Positions 55,585 to 64,000 of a DNA stretch of 64,000 nucleotides are shown piece after piece (positions within the stretch are counted from its first letter, which is position 1; every line of letters starts with the position of its first letter). The notes under the pieces were generated by a model. The model was not told the origin of the DNA. It saw only the letters and a program-made list of their open reading frames with translations, and ran no database searches. The DNA is from Gemmatimonadales bacterium (lineage in GTDB: Bacteria > Gemmatimonadota > Gemmatimonadetes > Gemmatimonadales > GWC2-71-9). The stretch is from assembly GCA_039794085.1 (NCBI GenBank), contig JBDIWC010000007.1, positions 32,001 to 96,000 of the forward strand. Direction: 5' to 3'. Position numbers and translations under genes: made by a program.

Positions 55585-56652
55585 ATGAATGTGTTGGAGA
55601 AGTCCTTGATCGAGCCTGTACCGGCAGAGGGTCAGGAACGTCCGGATTCCGGCAAGTGGAGATGGGGGTTTGTCCTTCGGCTTGTGGCGGCCTTGGGAAT
55701 ACTCACTCTCCTTCTGTCCTCAGTTTCCGTGTCTCACGTACTGGGCTCCTTCGGAGCGGGCCACCTCGGGGTGCTTTTCATCGCGACCGGTCTCCTCATT
55801 GGAGCACAATTCCTCAGCTCATGGCGATGGAGGCTGCTCTACGCGGCAGACGCCCCCCCGATCTGGGACCTTTTCAGGCTCTATCTTGCAGCCTCCTTCG
55901 CGAGTTCCTTTCTGCCGTCCACGGTGGGAGGGGACGCCCTTCGATGGATCGGGCTGTCCCGCAGGACGGGCCGAGGGGCCCGTGCATTCACGAGCGTCAT
56001 CCTCGATCGAGTTTGGGGGGTCTTCGCGCTGCTCCTGATCCTGGCAACGGGCATGGCCCTCGCTCCGTGGGAGGCGGTACGCGTGGCAAGGTCATTGTCT
56101 CCTGCGCCGTGGATGACGGATGCACCCGGCTGGATGCCGTGGGCGCTCACTACATTTGGGCTCATCGCCGCAGGCGCAATCAGTGTGGCTCTCCACCGTT
56201 CGGTGCGGGTCCGCCAAGTGCTGGCCGATGCGGCATCTGTCCTGAACGATCTTCGGTCGAGTTTGTCGACCGCGGGCCTTGCCCTGGTGGTTTCCCTGAT
56301 GGTTCAAGGGACCTACGTCTTGACTTGGATGCTGCTCGGTTGGTCCATGAACATCAAGCTCGCCACGGGCATGTGGCTCATGGGGGTCCCCTTGGTGAGC
56401 CTCGCCGCGATGGTGCCGCTCTCGATCTCGGGGCTCGGTCTCCGCGAGGGTGCTTGGATTGTTTTGCTTCAGAACCTCCCCCTGGACCCAGCCTCGATAG
56501 TGGCTTTTGGGCTCCTCTTTTCTGCTGCGTTCATCTCTTCCGGAATGGTGGGAGGCATTATCTTCGCCTTGAGTTCTGACCGTGACGACACGATCACGAC
56601 ACCGACCAAGGGACAGCTGGTTCACACTCCTCCGCCATCCCAATCACAATGA
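55585..56652 (+). CDS. LPG-synthase TM-domain (flippase-like) protein
   Basis: SWRWRLL, FLPSTVGGDALR, ILDR, PLSISGLGLREG. Confidence 0.85.
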   Translation: MNVLEKSLIEPVPAEGQERPDSGKWRWGFVLRLVAALGILTLLLSSVSVSHVLGSFGAGHLGVLFIATGLLIGAQFLSSWRWRLLYAADAPPIWDLFRLYLAASFASSFLPSTVGGDALRWIGLSRRTGRGARAFTSVILDRVWGVFALLLILATGMALAPWEAVRVARSLSPAPWMTDAPGWMPWALTTFGLIAAGAISVALHRSVRVRQVLADAASVLNDLRSSLSTAGLALVVSLMVQGTYVLTWMLLGWSMNIKLATGMWLMGVPLVSLAAMVPLSISGLGLREGAWIVLLQNLPLDPASIVAFGLLFSAAFISSGMVGGIIFALSSDRDDTITTPTKGQLVHTPPPSQSQ

Positions 56653-57656
56653 CAACCGAGCCACGCTCCGCAAATTCTGAATCGGGAAATCGCAGACCAG
56701 ATGTATCCTGGCTCTCGGCGGACGCCCTTGTCTCCGTGGTGATCCCGGCTTACAACGAACGCGGGACTTTGGAGCCACTCCATCTCGAGGTCACAACTGT
56801 TCTCGAGTCCCTGGGACGTCCCCATGAGATCATCTTCGTGGACGACGGCTCGACCGATGGGAGCGACGCCGTATTGGCAGAGATCGCGGCGAGAGACCCT
56901 CGCGTTCGAGTGCGTGCATTCAGGAGCAACCGCGGGAAGGCTGACGGTTTGAACCTGGGCTTTTCTCTCGCCTCGGGGTCCATCATCGTCACCATGGATG
57001 CAGATCTTCAGGACAAACCGTCCGAAATCCCGAAACTTCTGGAAGCCCTGGGCCACAGTGACCTGGTCTCGGGCTGGAAGTTCCGACGTCACGATCCCCT
57101 CGGAAAGACCATTCCGAGTCGATTCTTCAACTGGGTCACCCGGAAGGCATCCGGGGTCGACATTCACGATTTCAATTGTGGATTCAAGGCCTATCGCGCG
57201 GAGGTTGTCCAGGAACTCGACCTGTACGGTGAGATGCACAGGTTTGTACCCGTGCTCGCGGCCAGTCGTGGATTCAGGGTAACAGAGGTACCTGTGGAGC
57301 ACGCCCCCCGAACGTGGGGCAAGAGCAAGTACGGTTTCAGCCGACTCTTCAAGGGTGCCTACGACCTCCTGACCGTGATTCTGCTGACCCGGTTTGAGAA
57401 CCGGCCCATGCACTTCTTCGGCTCCGCAGGACTCATGGCAGGTACCAGCGGTTTCTTCATCCTGCTTTACATGTCGTATCTTCGCCTGATTCGAAATGAA
57501 AGCATCGGTACCAGGCCTCTTCTCCTTTTGGGGATCGTGTTGTTGCTCGCTGGATTGCAGCTTGCATCCCTGGGGCTGGTTACGGAGCTGCTCGTGGGGC
57601 GCACGAGAAGGAGCCGGACCCGAGCAACGGCCGAGCCCGAATCGAGGCGACAGTGA
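56649..57656 (+). CDS. GT2 polyprenol-phosphate glycosyltransferase (ArnC/DPM1-like)
   Basis: VIPAYNE, VDDGSTD, TMDADLQD, HDFNCGFKAYR, GEMHRF, two C-terminal TMs. Confidence 0.92.
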   Translation: MTTEPRSANSESGNRRPDVSWLSADALVSVVIPAYNERGTLEPLHLEVTTVLESLGRPHEIIFVDDGSTDGSDAVLAEIAARDPRVRVRAFRSNRGKADGLNLGFSLASGSIIVTMDADLQDKPSEIPKLLEALGHSDLVSGWKFRRHDPLGKTIPSRFFNWVTRKASGVDIHDFNCGFKAYRAEVVQELDLYGEMHRFVPVLAASRGFRVTEVPVEHAPRTWGKSKYGFSRLFKGAYDLLTVILLTRFENRPMHFFGSAGLMAGTSGFFILLYMSYLRLIRNESIGTRPLLLLGIVLLLAGLQLASLGLVTELLVGRTRRSRTRATAEPESRRQ

Positions 57657-59083
57657 GCCGAGGCCCAACTGGTTATTGGAAACAGTCAGCGGTTCCCGCA
57701 GGTGTCCTGGCCATCGGTCTGGCGCTCCGGCTGCTCCACCTGGGATCGTGGGGCTTCGAACAGGACGAGTTGTACACGCTTCACGACTCCTCGAACCTGG
57801 CGTGGAGCCGTGATGGTGCACCCGGGATCGCGGCGCGGCCGGTGTACTACCTGGTCCAGAGAGTCCTTCTGGAGGTCCTTCCCGTCAGTGAATGGACCTT
57901 GCGGCTCCTCCCCTTTTTCTTCGGTGTGTTCGGCATCTGGATCACCATGAGGCTGGCCCGTGAGCACTTCGGTCCGACTGCGAGTTGGGTGGCAGGGCTC
58001 CTGGTGGCGTTCGCCCCCTGGCACATATACGCCAGCCAGATGGCGAGGTATTGGTCACTCGTCTATCTCCTCTCGGGGATCGCGCTTCTGCTGCTGCACC
58101 GTGCGTTTGAGCAGGGCACTATCCGGGCCTATCTCGGCGTCCTCGGTGTCTTCGTTCTTGGTGGCCTCACACACCCGACGTTCGCGTTCCCGCTGGTCGG
58201 AACCGTGCTCGCGATGCACATTGTCTCCACGGGCGGCACGCTCACCTGGCAGCGTCCGACACGCAATGCACTGGCAGGATTATGGATACCACTCGTTCTA
58301 ATCGCGTTTGGCATCGCGGCAGTGCTCGAGGCGACGGGAATGACACGAGCTTACTCGAACAACGAGAGCAGGGGGATTCTGGCAACCCTTCGCCTCGTAC
58401 CCGCCATGGTGCAGTGGTTGACGCCGGAGGTTGCAACTGCCTTCATCATCTCCGCCGTGCTCCTGTGGGTAGGGAAGCAGGGGAGCGATCGGCGCTGGGC
58501 TGGGACCGCGATCATGGGTACCCTCGGCGCCGGAGTTCTCCTCGTCGTCGCTTCGTTCCGCACCGGTGTCTACGCGGATTACGGCATCAGCATCCTGCCG
58601 CTGGTGTTCGTCACCATTGCCGGCCTCGCCGCCCGTCTTGCCACCAACATTGAGGGGGCAGTCGGCTCGATCGTGCCGGTCGGAGGGGCAGCCCTCATGA
58701 TCTCAGCCATGTTGCCGGGGGTCGTGTCTCATCACTCCGACGGGTCACGACACGACTATCGCTCCTCACTCCGATACATCCAGGAACATGGACCTGACGA
58801 GCTGGTTGTCGGGTGGCCAATTGTTGTTCAGCGGTATTACGCGCCTGATCTCCACATGGTGGAGCGGTGGGCCGTCGAGACGCCAAGCCCTGCTGCAGGC
58901 CAATGGTTCCTCGTTTCGTACCAACGATCCAGAATATTGAAGGAGCCGCCAGGCCTCCGCGAATTCCTGGACATGCGATGCCGAAGGGAACATTCCACAG
59001 AACGCCCACGGCTTGACTATCGGAGCTACAGAGTGGAGGTGTTCTGGTGCGGAAAAGCGCGTGACGAAAAGATCACAGGCTAG
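57653..59083 (+). CDS. GT-C fold membrane glycosyltransferase (GT39/ArnT-like)
   Basis: LRLLHLGSWGFEQDELYT, LRLLPFFFG, ASQMARYW, LTH. Confidence 0.8.
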   Translation: MSRGPTGYWKQSAVPAGVLAIGLALRLLHLGSWGFEQDELYTLHDSSNLAWSRDGAPGIAARPVYYLVQRVLLEVLPVSEWTLRLLPFFFGVFGIWITMRLAREHFGPTASWVAGLLVAFAPWHIYASQMARYWSLVYLLSGIALLLLHRAFEQGTIRAYLGVLGVFVLGGLTHPTFAFPLVGTVLAMHIVSTGGTLTWQRPTRNALAGLWIPLVLIAFGIAAVLEATGMTRAYSNNESRGILATLRLVPAMVQWLTPEVATAFIISAVLLWVGKQGSDRRWAGTAIMGTLGAGVLLVVASFRTGVYADYGISILPLVFVTIAGLAARLATNIEGAVGSIVPVGGAALMISAMLPGVVSHHSDGSRHDYRSSLRYIQEHGPDELVVGWPIVVQRYYAPDLHMVERWAVETPSPAAGQWFLVSYQRSRILKEPPGLREFLDMRCRREHSTERPRLDYRSYRVEVFWCGKARDEKITG

Positions 59084-59282
59084 GGAGGGGCTTATTCCCA
59101 ATGGAACGGAGAATGCGGCATGGCCTGTCTTCAGCTTCGGCTTACGTTTGGCTGGAGTTCCCCTTGATCGATGAGCCAGGCTTTAGATTGTATTTGTAGC
59201 GACGCATCAGTGGCAAGGATCTACATCGCATGGAACAGAGTGCGGTCCCCCTTCAGTACCACGGAGAACGCTCGGAGCACCC

Positions 59283-60674
59283 ATGAATGCAGGACGCCGA
59301 ACCCTAACACTCGAGCGCGGTGGTCTGGCAATCCCTCGTCGGGGCCAGTTTGTGCAGCTTGCCGCCCCTGCTACGCAATCCCCCAGCGCTCCTGCCAGCG
59401 CCCTTGCGCACATGCCCAATATTACGCGCTGGTTTGTGGCCGGAGCGATCTTCATCGCGGTAAGCCGGGTGCATGGCTACTTTCCGATACTGGCGGTCAT
59501 CCGAGCCCCACTGCTTCTCAGCGTTCTCGGGATGCTGATGCTCTTCGGCACCATGGAGAGTTGGCGCCCTGCCGATCTGGGAAAACACTGGATTCCCAAG
59601 ACAATGGGATTGATCCTCCTGATCGCCATCATTGGGGTACCGTTCGGGATATATCCGGGAGAAAGTCTCCGGCAGATCAACGTCGGGTTCTCCCGGTCGT
59701 TGCTCCTTGCCGTCATGGTGTGGGCCTCCGCACGCACCCCCGGTGGGATCCGCTTCATGGTCAAGACCCTGGCCTCGGCGGCGATCGTCGCTGCGCTCCT
59801 CGCTCTTGCTGTTGGTGCGAGAGATTCTTCCGGACGCCTTGCAGGTGGTTATACCTACGACGCCAACGACATTGCCCTTGTGGCGGTGGTAGGCATCCCG
59901 CTTTGTGTCTGGTGGCTCCTCGACAAGGCCAACCGGCACCGCGGGGCCATGTTGGCCGCCATACCACTGCTCGTCTACCTGGTGATCCAGACCAGGTCCC
60001 GAGGCGGCTTCCTGGCCCTCGTGGCAGTCCTCGGCGCGATCCTGGTCCTCGGCTTCCGGGGCAAGAACCGGCAATTCCGCCAGGCGAGCGGTGCCATCGC
60101 CCTGCTCGTGGCTCTTTTCATACCGATTCTCCCCAGTGGTTACCTCGACACGATGCGCAGCATCAACGACGAGGATGACTACAACCGGACCTCCCCCACC
60201 GGTCGGATCGAGACGTGGAAGCGGGGTATGGGGTATGCCTTCAGCCACCCCCTCACCGGGGTCGGAATCGGCAATTTCGAAACTGCGGAAGGGACCCTTT
60301 CAACGATCGGGCGGGAACGTGCAGCGGCAACGAGAGGGTGGAAGTGGAGTACCGCGCACAACTCTTTTGTCCTGGCCGCCGCGGAGCTGGGGCTCATCGC
60401 AGGTGCAGCGTTCGTACTCCTGGTGGTCGGGTCGATCGTGTCGCTCCTCCGGCTTGGGAGGAGCAACAGCGACGGTACCGAGAACCTCCTTCCTCCCCTC
60501 CTCGGGATCAGTGTGCTCGGGTTCGCCGTGGCGGGGTACTTTCTCTCCTGGACCTACTTCGACCTCACCTGGGCTCTCTTCGGACTCTCGGCGGCAGTGC
60601 TCATGGGAGCCCGATCCAGTGGCAGCACACCGGTTCCGACTACGCCAGCACCGCGGAGACTCCGCAGTCGGTGA
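59283..60674 (+). CDS. O-antigen ligase / Wzy-polymerase family protein
   Basis: DANDIA, TRSRGGFLA, GRIETW, HPLTGVGIGNF, AHNSF..AELG. Confidence 0.88.
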   Translation: MNAGRRTLTLERGGLAIPRRGQFVQLAAPATQSPSAPASALAHMPNITRWFVAGAIFIAVSRVHGYFPILAVIRAPLLLSVLGMLMLFGTMESWRPADLGKHWIPKTMGLILLIAIIGVPFGIYPGESLRQINVGFSRSLLLAVMVWASARTPGGIRFMVKTLASAAIVAALLALAVGARDSSGRLAGGYTYDANDIALVAVVGIPLCVWWLLDKANRHRGAMLAAIPLLVYLVIQTRSRGGFLALVAVLGAILVLGFRGKNRQFRQASGAIALLVALFIPILPSGYLDTMRSINDEDDYNRTSPTGRIETWKRGMGYAFSHPLTGVGIGNFETAEGTLSTIGRERAAATRGWKWSTAHNSFVLAAAELGLIAGAAFVLLVVGSIVSLLRLGRSNSDGTENLLPPLLGISVLGFAVAGYFLSWTYFDLTWALFGLSAAVLMGARSSGSTPVPTTPAPRRLRSR

Positions 60675-61888
60675 TCATCGGAAAGATCTGGGACAGCGAA
60701 TACCCGTGGGACGTCCGGGTGGAGAAGATCTGCCGCACCCTGACGGAGGCGGGTCATGAGGTCCACCTGGTGTGCCGTAACCGGGGGAATGCCCCGATCG
60801 AGGAGGCGCAGGGCGGCCTCACGATCCACCGGATGCGCCCCCTCCCGCCTTTGCTCCGCTCCCTGGAGGGGCCACTCTCCTTTCCGGCCTTCATCAACCC
60901 CCGTTGGTATTGGCTGGCGCGCAACGTCTTCCGCGACCAGAGCGTTGACCTCATCATCTGCCGCGACCTTCCCCTCGCCCCCCTGGCGCTGGCGGTGGGG
61001 CGGGCGCTCGGTCGGCCGGTGATCGTGGACCTGGCCGAGCACTATCCCGGGGTGCTCCGGGATCTCTACAACCGGCACGATTTCCGGTTGGGAAATCTGC
61101 TGGTCCGGAATCCGTGGCTAGCCGCCCTGGTGGAACGATGGGCCCTCCCCCGAGCCAACGGAGTCTGGGTTGTCGTCGAGGAGATGGCGAAGCGTCTTGA
61201 ATCGCTTGGTGTTTCCCCGTCCCGCATCACCCTCGTCTCCAACACCCCCCTCCCGGAGCGCGTTGCCCGGCTCTCTTCGATCCGGAGCGAGCCACGAGAA
61301 CCCGATACGATCCGACTTGTCTACCTCGGCAACGTCGAGTCGAGTCGAGGGCTCCTGACGGTTCTGGAGTCTCTTTTCCTTCTCACGAGAGAGCACCTTC
61401 AGGTGACTTTGGATGTGATTGGCGATGGATCCGGCCTCGCGCTCACCAGGGACAGTGCCTCGGATCTGGGCCTGGAAGGGAACGTGAACTTTCACGGCCG
61501 AATACCTTACGATGAAGCGCTGAACCTACTGCCGCACTTCGATGCCGGCCTCATCCCCCACCGCGCCACTGCCCAGTGGAAGTGGACCGTCCAGAACAAG
61601 CTCTTCGACTACATGGCCGCGGGACTTCCCGTGATCGCCACAAGCCTACCTCCAGTCCGCAGGATCCTCGCAGACACCGGGGCAGGGGTCACCTTCGTCG
61701 ATCGAGACGCAACGTCGCTGGCCGGGGCAGTGAGAGCCCTGCTCCATGATCCTGCAGCCCGCATTCGTATGGGCAATGCTGGACGAGCAGCTGTACGGGG
61801 CCCGCACCAGTGGGCGCACGACGCGGCGCGCATGGAGAGATCATTGGCGCGGTTGACCCCCCGATCGCAACACGGGGTACGAGAATGA
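60671..61888 (+). CDS. GT4 glycosyltransferase
   Basis: YPWDVRVEK, VDLAEHY, YLGNVESSRG, NKLFDYMAAGLPV; GTGA overlap. Confidence 0.88.
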   Translation: MIIGKIWDSEYPWDVRVEKICRTLTEAGHEVHLVCRNRGNAPIEEAQGGLTIHRMRPLPPLLRSLEGPLSFPAFINPRWYWLARNVFRDQSVDLIICRDLPLAPLALAVGRALGRPVIVDLAEHYPGVLRDLYNRHDFRLGNLLVRNPWLAALVERWALPRANGVWVVVEEMAKRLESLGVSPSRITLVSNTPLPERVARLSSIRSEPREPDTIRLVYLGNVESSRGLLTVLESLFLLTREHLQVTLDVIGDGSGLALTRDSASDLGLEGNVNFHGRIPYDEALNLLPHFDAGLIPHRATAQWKWTVQNKLFDYMAAGLPVIATSLPPVRRILADTGAGVTFVDRDATSLAGAVRALLHDPAARIRMGNAGRAAVRGPHQWAHDAARMERSLARLTPRSQHGVRE

Positions 61889-61898
61889 CAGGATCCTC

Positions 61899-63092
61899 AT
61901 GTGGTACCTGATGCTGGTTCTCCTCTTTCCTTTAGCCATCATCGTAGCTTTGCCGGCGGTGGCAGACATCATGGCACTGGTTGTTGCTCTACGGACCTCC
62001 AGACGGGGGACAGATCGTCATGCCCCCGCGGAGCCCGAGCCCCTGCTTTTTCTGGTTCCCGCACATGACGAAGAGCTTCTGATCGAGCGCTGTGTCCGCA
62101 GTCTCACGGGAATGGACTATCCCCCCGATCTCCTGTCCGTGCTGGTCGTGGCGGACAACTGCACCGATGCCACCGCGGAGGTTGCGGCCCGGGCGGGCGC
62201 CAATGTGCTGGTGCGGACGACCACCGACCTGAGGGGAAAGAGTCACGCCATCGAATGGGCTCTGGCCAGGGTGCACCTTGCCGGTCATGCCGCCGTGGTC
62301 ATCGTCGACGCTGATACCATTGTTGAGGCTGATTACGCCGCCCAGATTGCGTGGCACGGGCCACTTCGCCACAAGGCGCTGCAAACCTATGATGGCATGA
62401 GCAATGAGTTCGAGAATTGGCTCACCCGCCTCGCCGGGCTCCTGACCCGGAATCGGTACCACCTCCAACTCCCCCTGAAGCAGCGGGCAGGCCTGAATGT
62501 CCCCCTCACCGGGGATGGCACAATACTGGGAACCAGCCTCCTGAGGGATGTCCCGTGGCAGATCGAGACGATCACCGAAGGATGGGAGCTGTACGCCCGG
62601 TACACCCTGATGGGACTTCCCATCACATACGTTGCTGATGCCCGGCTTTATGCACAGGAGGCTCGCTCGCTTGGGCAAAGCCATACCCAGCGGGCTCGAT
62701 GGTCATCCGGTCGGTTCGCCGTTCTTCGTATCTATCTGTCCCGCATTGCGAAGACGCCTGGCGTCTCCATGCTGCAGAGGCTGGACCTGATTGCGGAGTT
62801 GACGCACCCCGGACCTGCCACCAGGGCGGTCGTGGCAATGCTCGGGATGTCGATTACCGCCCTGGCTCCGGTTCCGGCCAGCCTGGTGACCCTCCTGCTC
62901 TTCAGCACCGGGGTGCTGCATCCCATGGTATATTCAGTGATTTCCCTCAGGAAGCACCCGTGCCCAGGCCCATTGATCCTCGCGCTGACGATGTTCCCGT
63001 TCTATGCCGTGTGGCGGTTCTTCATCGGATTGAGGGCGGCCTTGCTCTCTGGAACCGGCCGTTGGGTACGCACCAAACGTCATATCGAGTAA
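61899..63092 (+). CDS. GT2 glycosyltransferase, cellulose-synthase-like with QxxRW
   Basis: VPAHDEE, ADNCTD, IVDAD, ITEG, QRARW; N- and C-terminal TMs. Confidence 0.88.
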   Translation: MWYLMLVLLFPLAIIVALPAVADIMALVVALRTSRRGTDRHAPAEPEPLLFLVPAHDEELLIERCVRSLTGMDYPPDLLSVLVVADNCTDATAEVAARAGANVLVRTTTDLRGKSHAIEWALARVHLAGHAAVVIVDADTIVEADYAAQIAWHGPLRHKALQTYDGMSNEFENWLTRLAGLLTRNRYHLQLPLKQRAGLNVPLTGDGTILGTSLLRDVPWQIETITEGWELYARYTLMGLPITYVADARLYAQEARSLGQSHTQRARWSSGRFAVLRIYLSRIAKTPGVSMLQRLDLIAELTHPGPATRAVVAMLGMSITALAPVPASLVTLLLFSTGVLHPMVYSVISLRKHPCPGPLILALTMFPFYAVWRFFIGLRAALLSGTGRWVRTKRHIE

Positions 63093-63490
63093 CTTCGCAA
63101 TAACCAGGATGGGGGGAAGCACGGCCCACCCGGCCGCCGCCGCGTGTCGCCCACGATGCATCTTCCCCGCCGGGAGCTTCTAACCTTTGGCCTGCCGCTC
63201 CCTTTGCGGTCGGGGTGGCGCTTCCAACTCTTGATTGCGCTCGAGTCCTACCCGGCGAGTGCATTCTCGAGGGGCCATGATCCCCACCCCAGAACATCGA
63301 ACACGCACTCTCGACGTCCTTCTGGTCAGGAACCGTGGCGGCGGCTCCCTACCGAAGTAGGACCTCCCGCGACAGCACCTCAGTTGCTCAAGTCACTACG
63401 GGTCCGGCGGACAGAGGCGTTGGTTCAAATCACTTCCTACCCTGCCCGCAGGAGGAAGCCCCGAGGCCGGTGCCTCCGCGATCCTTTGGG

Positions 63491-64000
63491 CTACCGTACG
63501 CTTGTATACCATTCATCGATGTCAATCCACTGGTCCTGCGTATTTGCAATGCCAGGGTTCGTGCTGAGGGCAGCGTACTGCCAGAACGTGACCATCCGAT
63601 CCCATTCTGTGCTATTACCGGCCGTGACGTAGCCGATCCCCGTCCTTCTTCCCCAGAGCGTTCCGTTGAGATAAATGTCGATTGACCCGTTCGCCACACC
63701 TGCCGTATTGGCCGCGAACACAACTTCAAGGTCATACCATATCCCATTCTTGATGCTGGGGGATGAGGGCATCATGAAGTTCTTGCTACCGAAGTCCGGA
63801 CCAGTACCGCCCGCCTGCTGTGCAAGAAAGAACCCCCAATCGCCATTTGTGCTACGGCGCTCAAACATGAAAAACGTGTTGTTTCCCCCTGACTGGGCAG
63901 GGTTCTTGAACCTAACGGCAAACCACTTGATGAAACTGGCGTCCTGCGACCTATGGTTGTCGCTGAGCCGGAAGCGTATCCGGGTGTAGAGCAATCCTGT
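63491..64000 (-). CDS. C-terminal part of a probable secreted beta-sandwich (polysaccharide-lyase/LamG-like) protein, truncated by the window edge
   Basis: GIWYDLEV..NTAGVANGSIDIYLNG..WIDIDEWY; rich in Asn/Thr/Gly/Trp. Confidence 0.5.
   Translation of the reverse strand, partial: TGLLYTRIRFRLSDNHRSQDASFIKWFAVRFKNPAQSGGNNTFFMFERRSTNGDWGFFLAQQAGGTGPDFGSKNFMMPSSPSIKNGIWYDLEVVFAANTAGVANGSIDIYLNGTLWGRRTGIGYVTAGNSTEWDRMVTFWQYAALSTNPGIANTQDQWIDIDEWYTSVR

Noticed and set aside
59121..59135. sigma54 promoter upstream of the ligase gene
   Set aside because: GG-N10-GC spacing is present but the -12 element reads TCAGC rather than TTGC; too weak.
63144..63632. 162-aa + strand ORF after the last GT2
   Set aside because: No motif, atypical composition, and it overlaps the convergent minus-strand gene.

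Overview
High-GC bacterial DNA; the gene content and repeat types suggest Gemmatimonadota or a similar lineage, which is inference only. Almost the whole 64 kb is a mosaic cell-surface glycan (EPS/LPS/glycoconjugate) locus. It holds about 15 soluble GT2/GT4 glycosyltransferases, about 5 multi-TM GT-C-like proteins, 3 Wzx-type and 3 LPG-synthase-TM-type flippase-like proteins, an O-antigen ligase/polymerase, deacetylases, methyltransferases, FAD/GMC oxidoreductases, an epimerase, an ATP-grasp ligase, a UbiA-type polyprenyl-phosphate phosphoribosyltransferase and a Wzb-like phosphatase. Embedded in it are: (i) a tightly coupled operon VTC-domain polyphosphate polymerase / DUF4956 / TPR / CotH-kinase-beta-helix / metallophosphoesterase with its own sigma54-type promoter, the best candidate for an uncharacterised system (polyP-fuelled extracytoplasmic phosphorylation); (ii) five sigma54 -24/-12 promoter matches and a recurring GTTGY-N6-GCAAC palindrome; (iii) an amidase/transglycosylase pair bracketed by ~174-bp direct repeats; (iv) a MazF-type TA module inside a modular REP array, bracketed by wzb and a diverged remnant of the wzb 3' end; (v) a C13 tract that removes a stop codon and creates a 1319-aa fusion ORF; (vi) MITE-like elements with 9-mer-periodic ends and heptamer tracts. 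I found no rRNA, tRNA, CRISPR array, integrase or transposase. Products are called from motifs by eye, and starts are chosen from RBS and stop/start overlaps.
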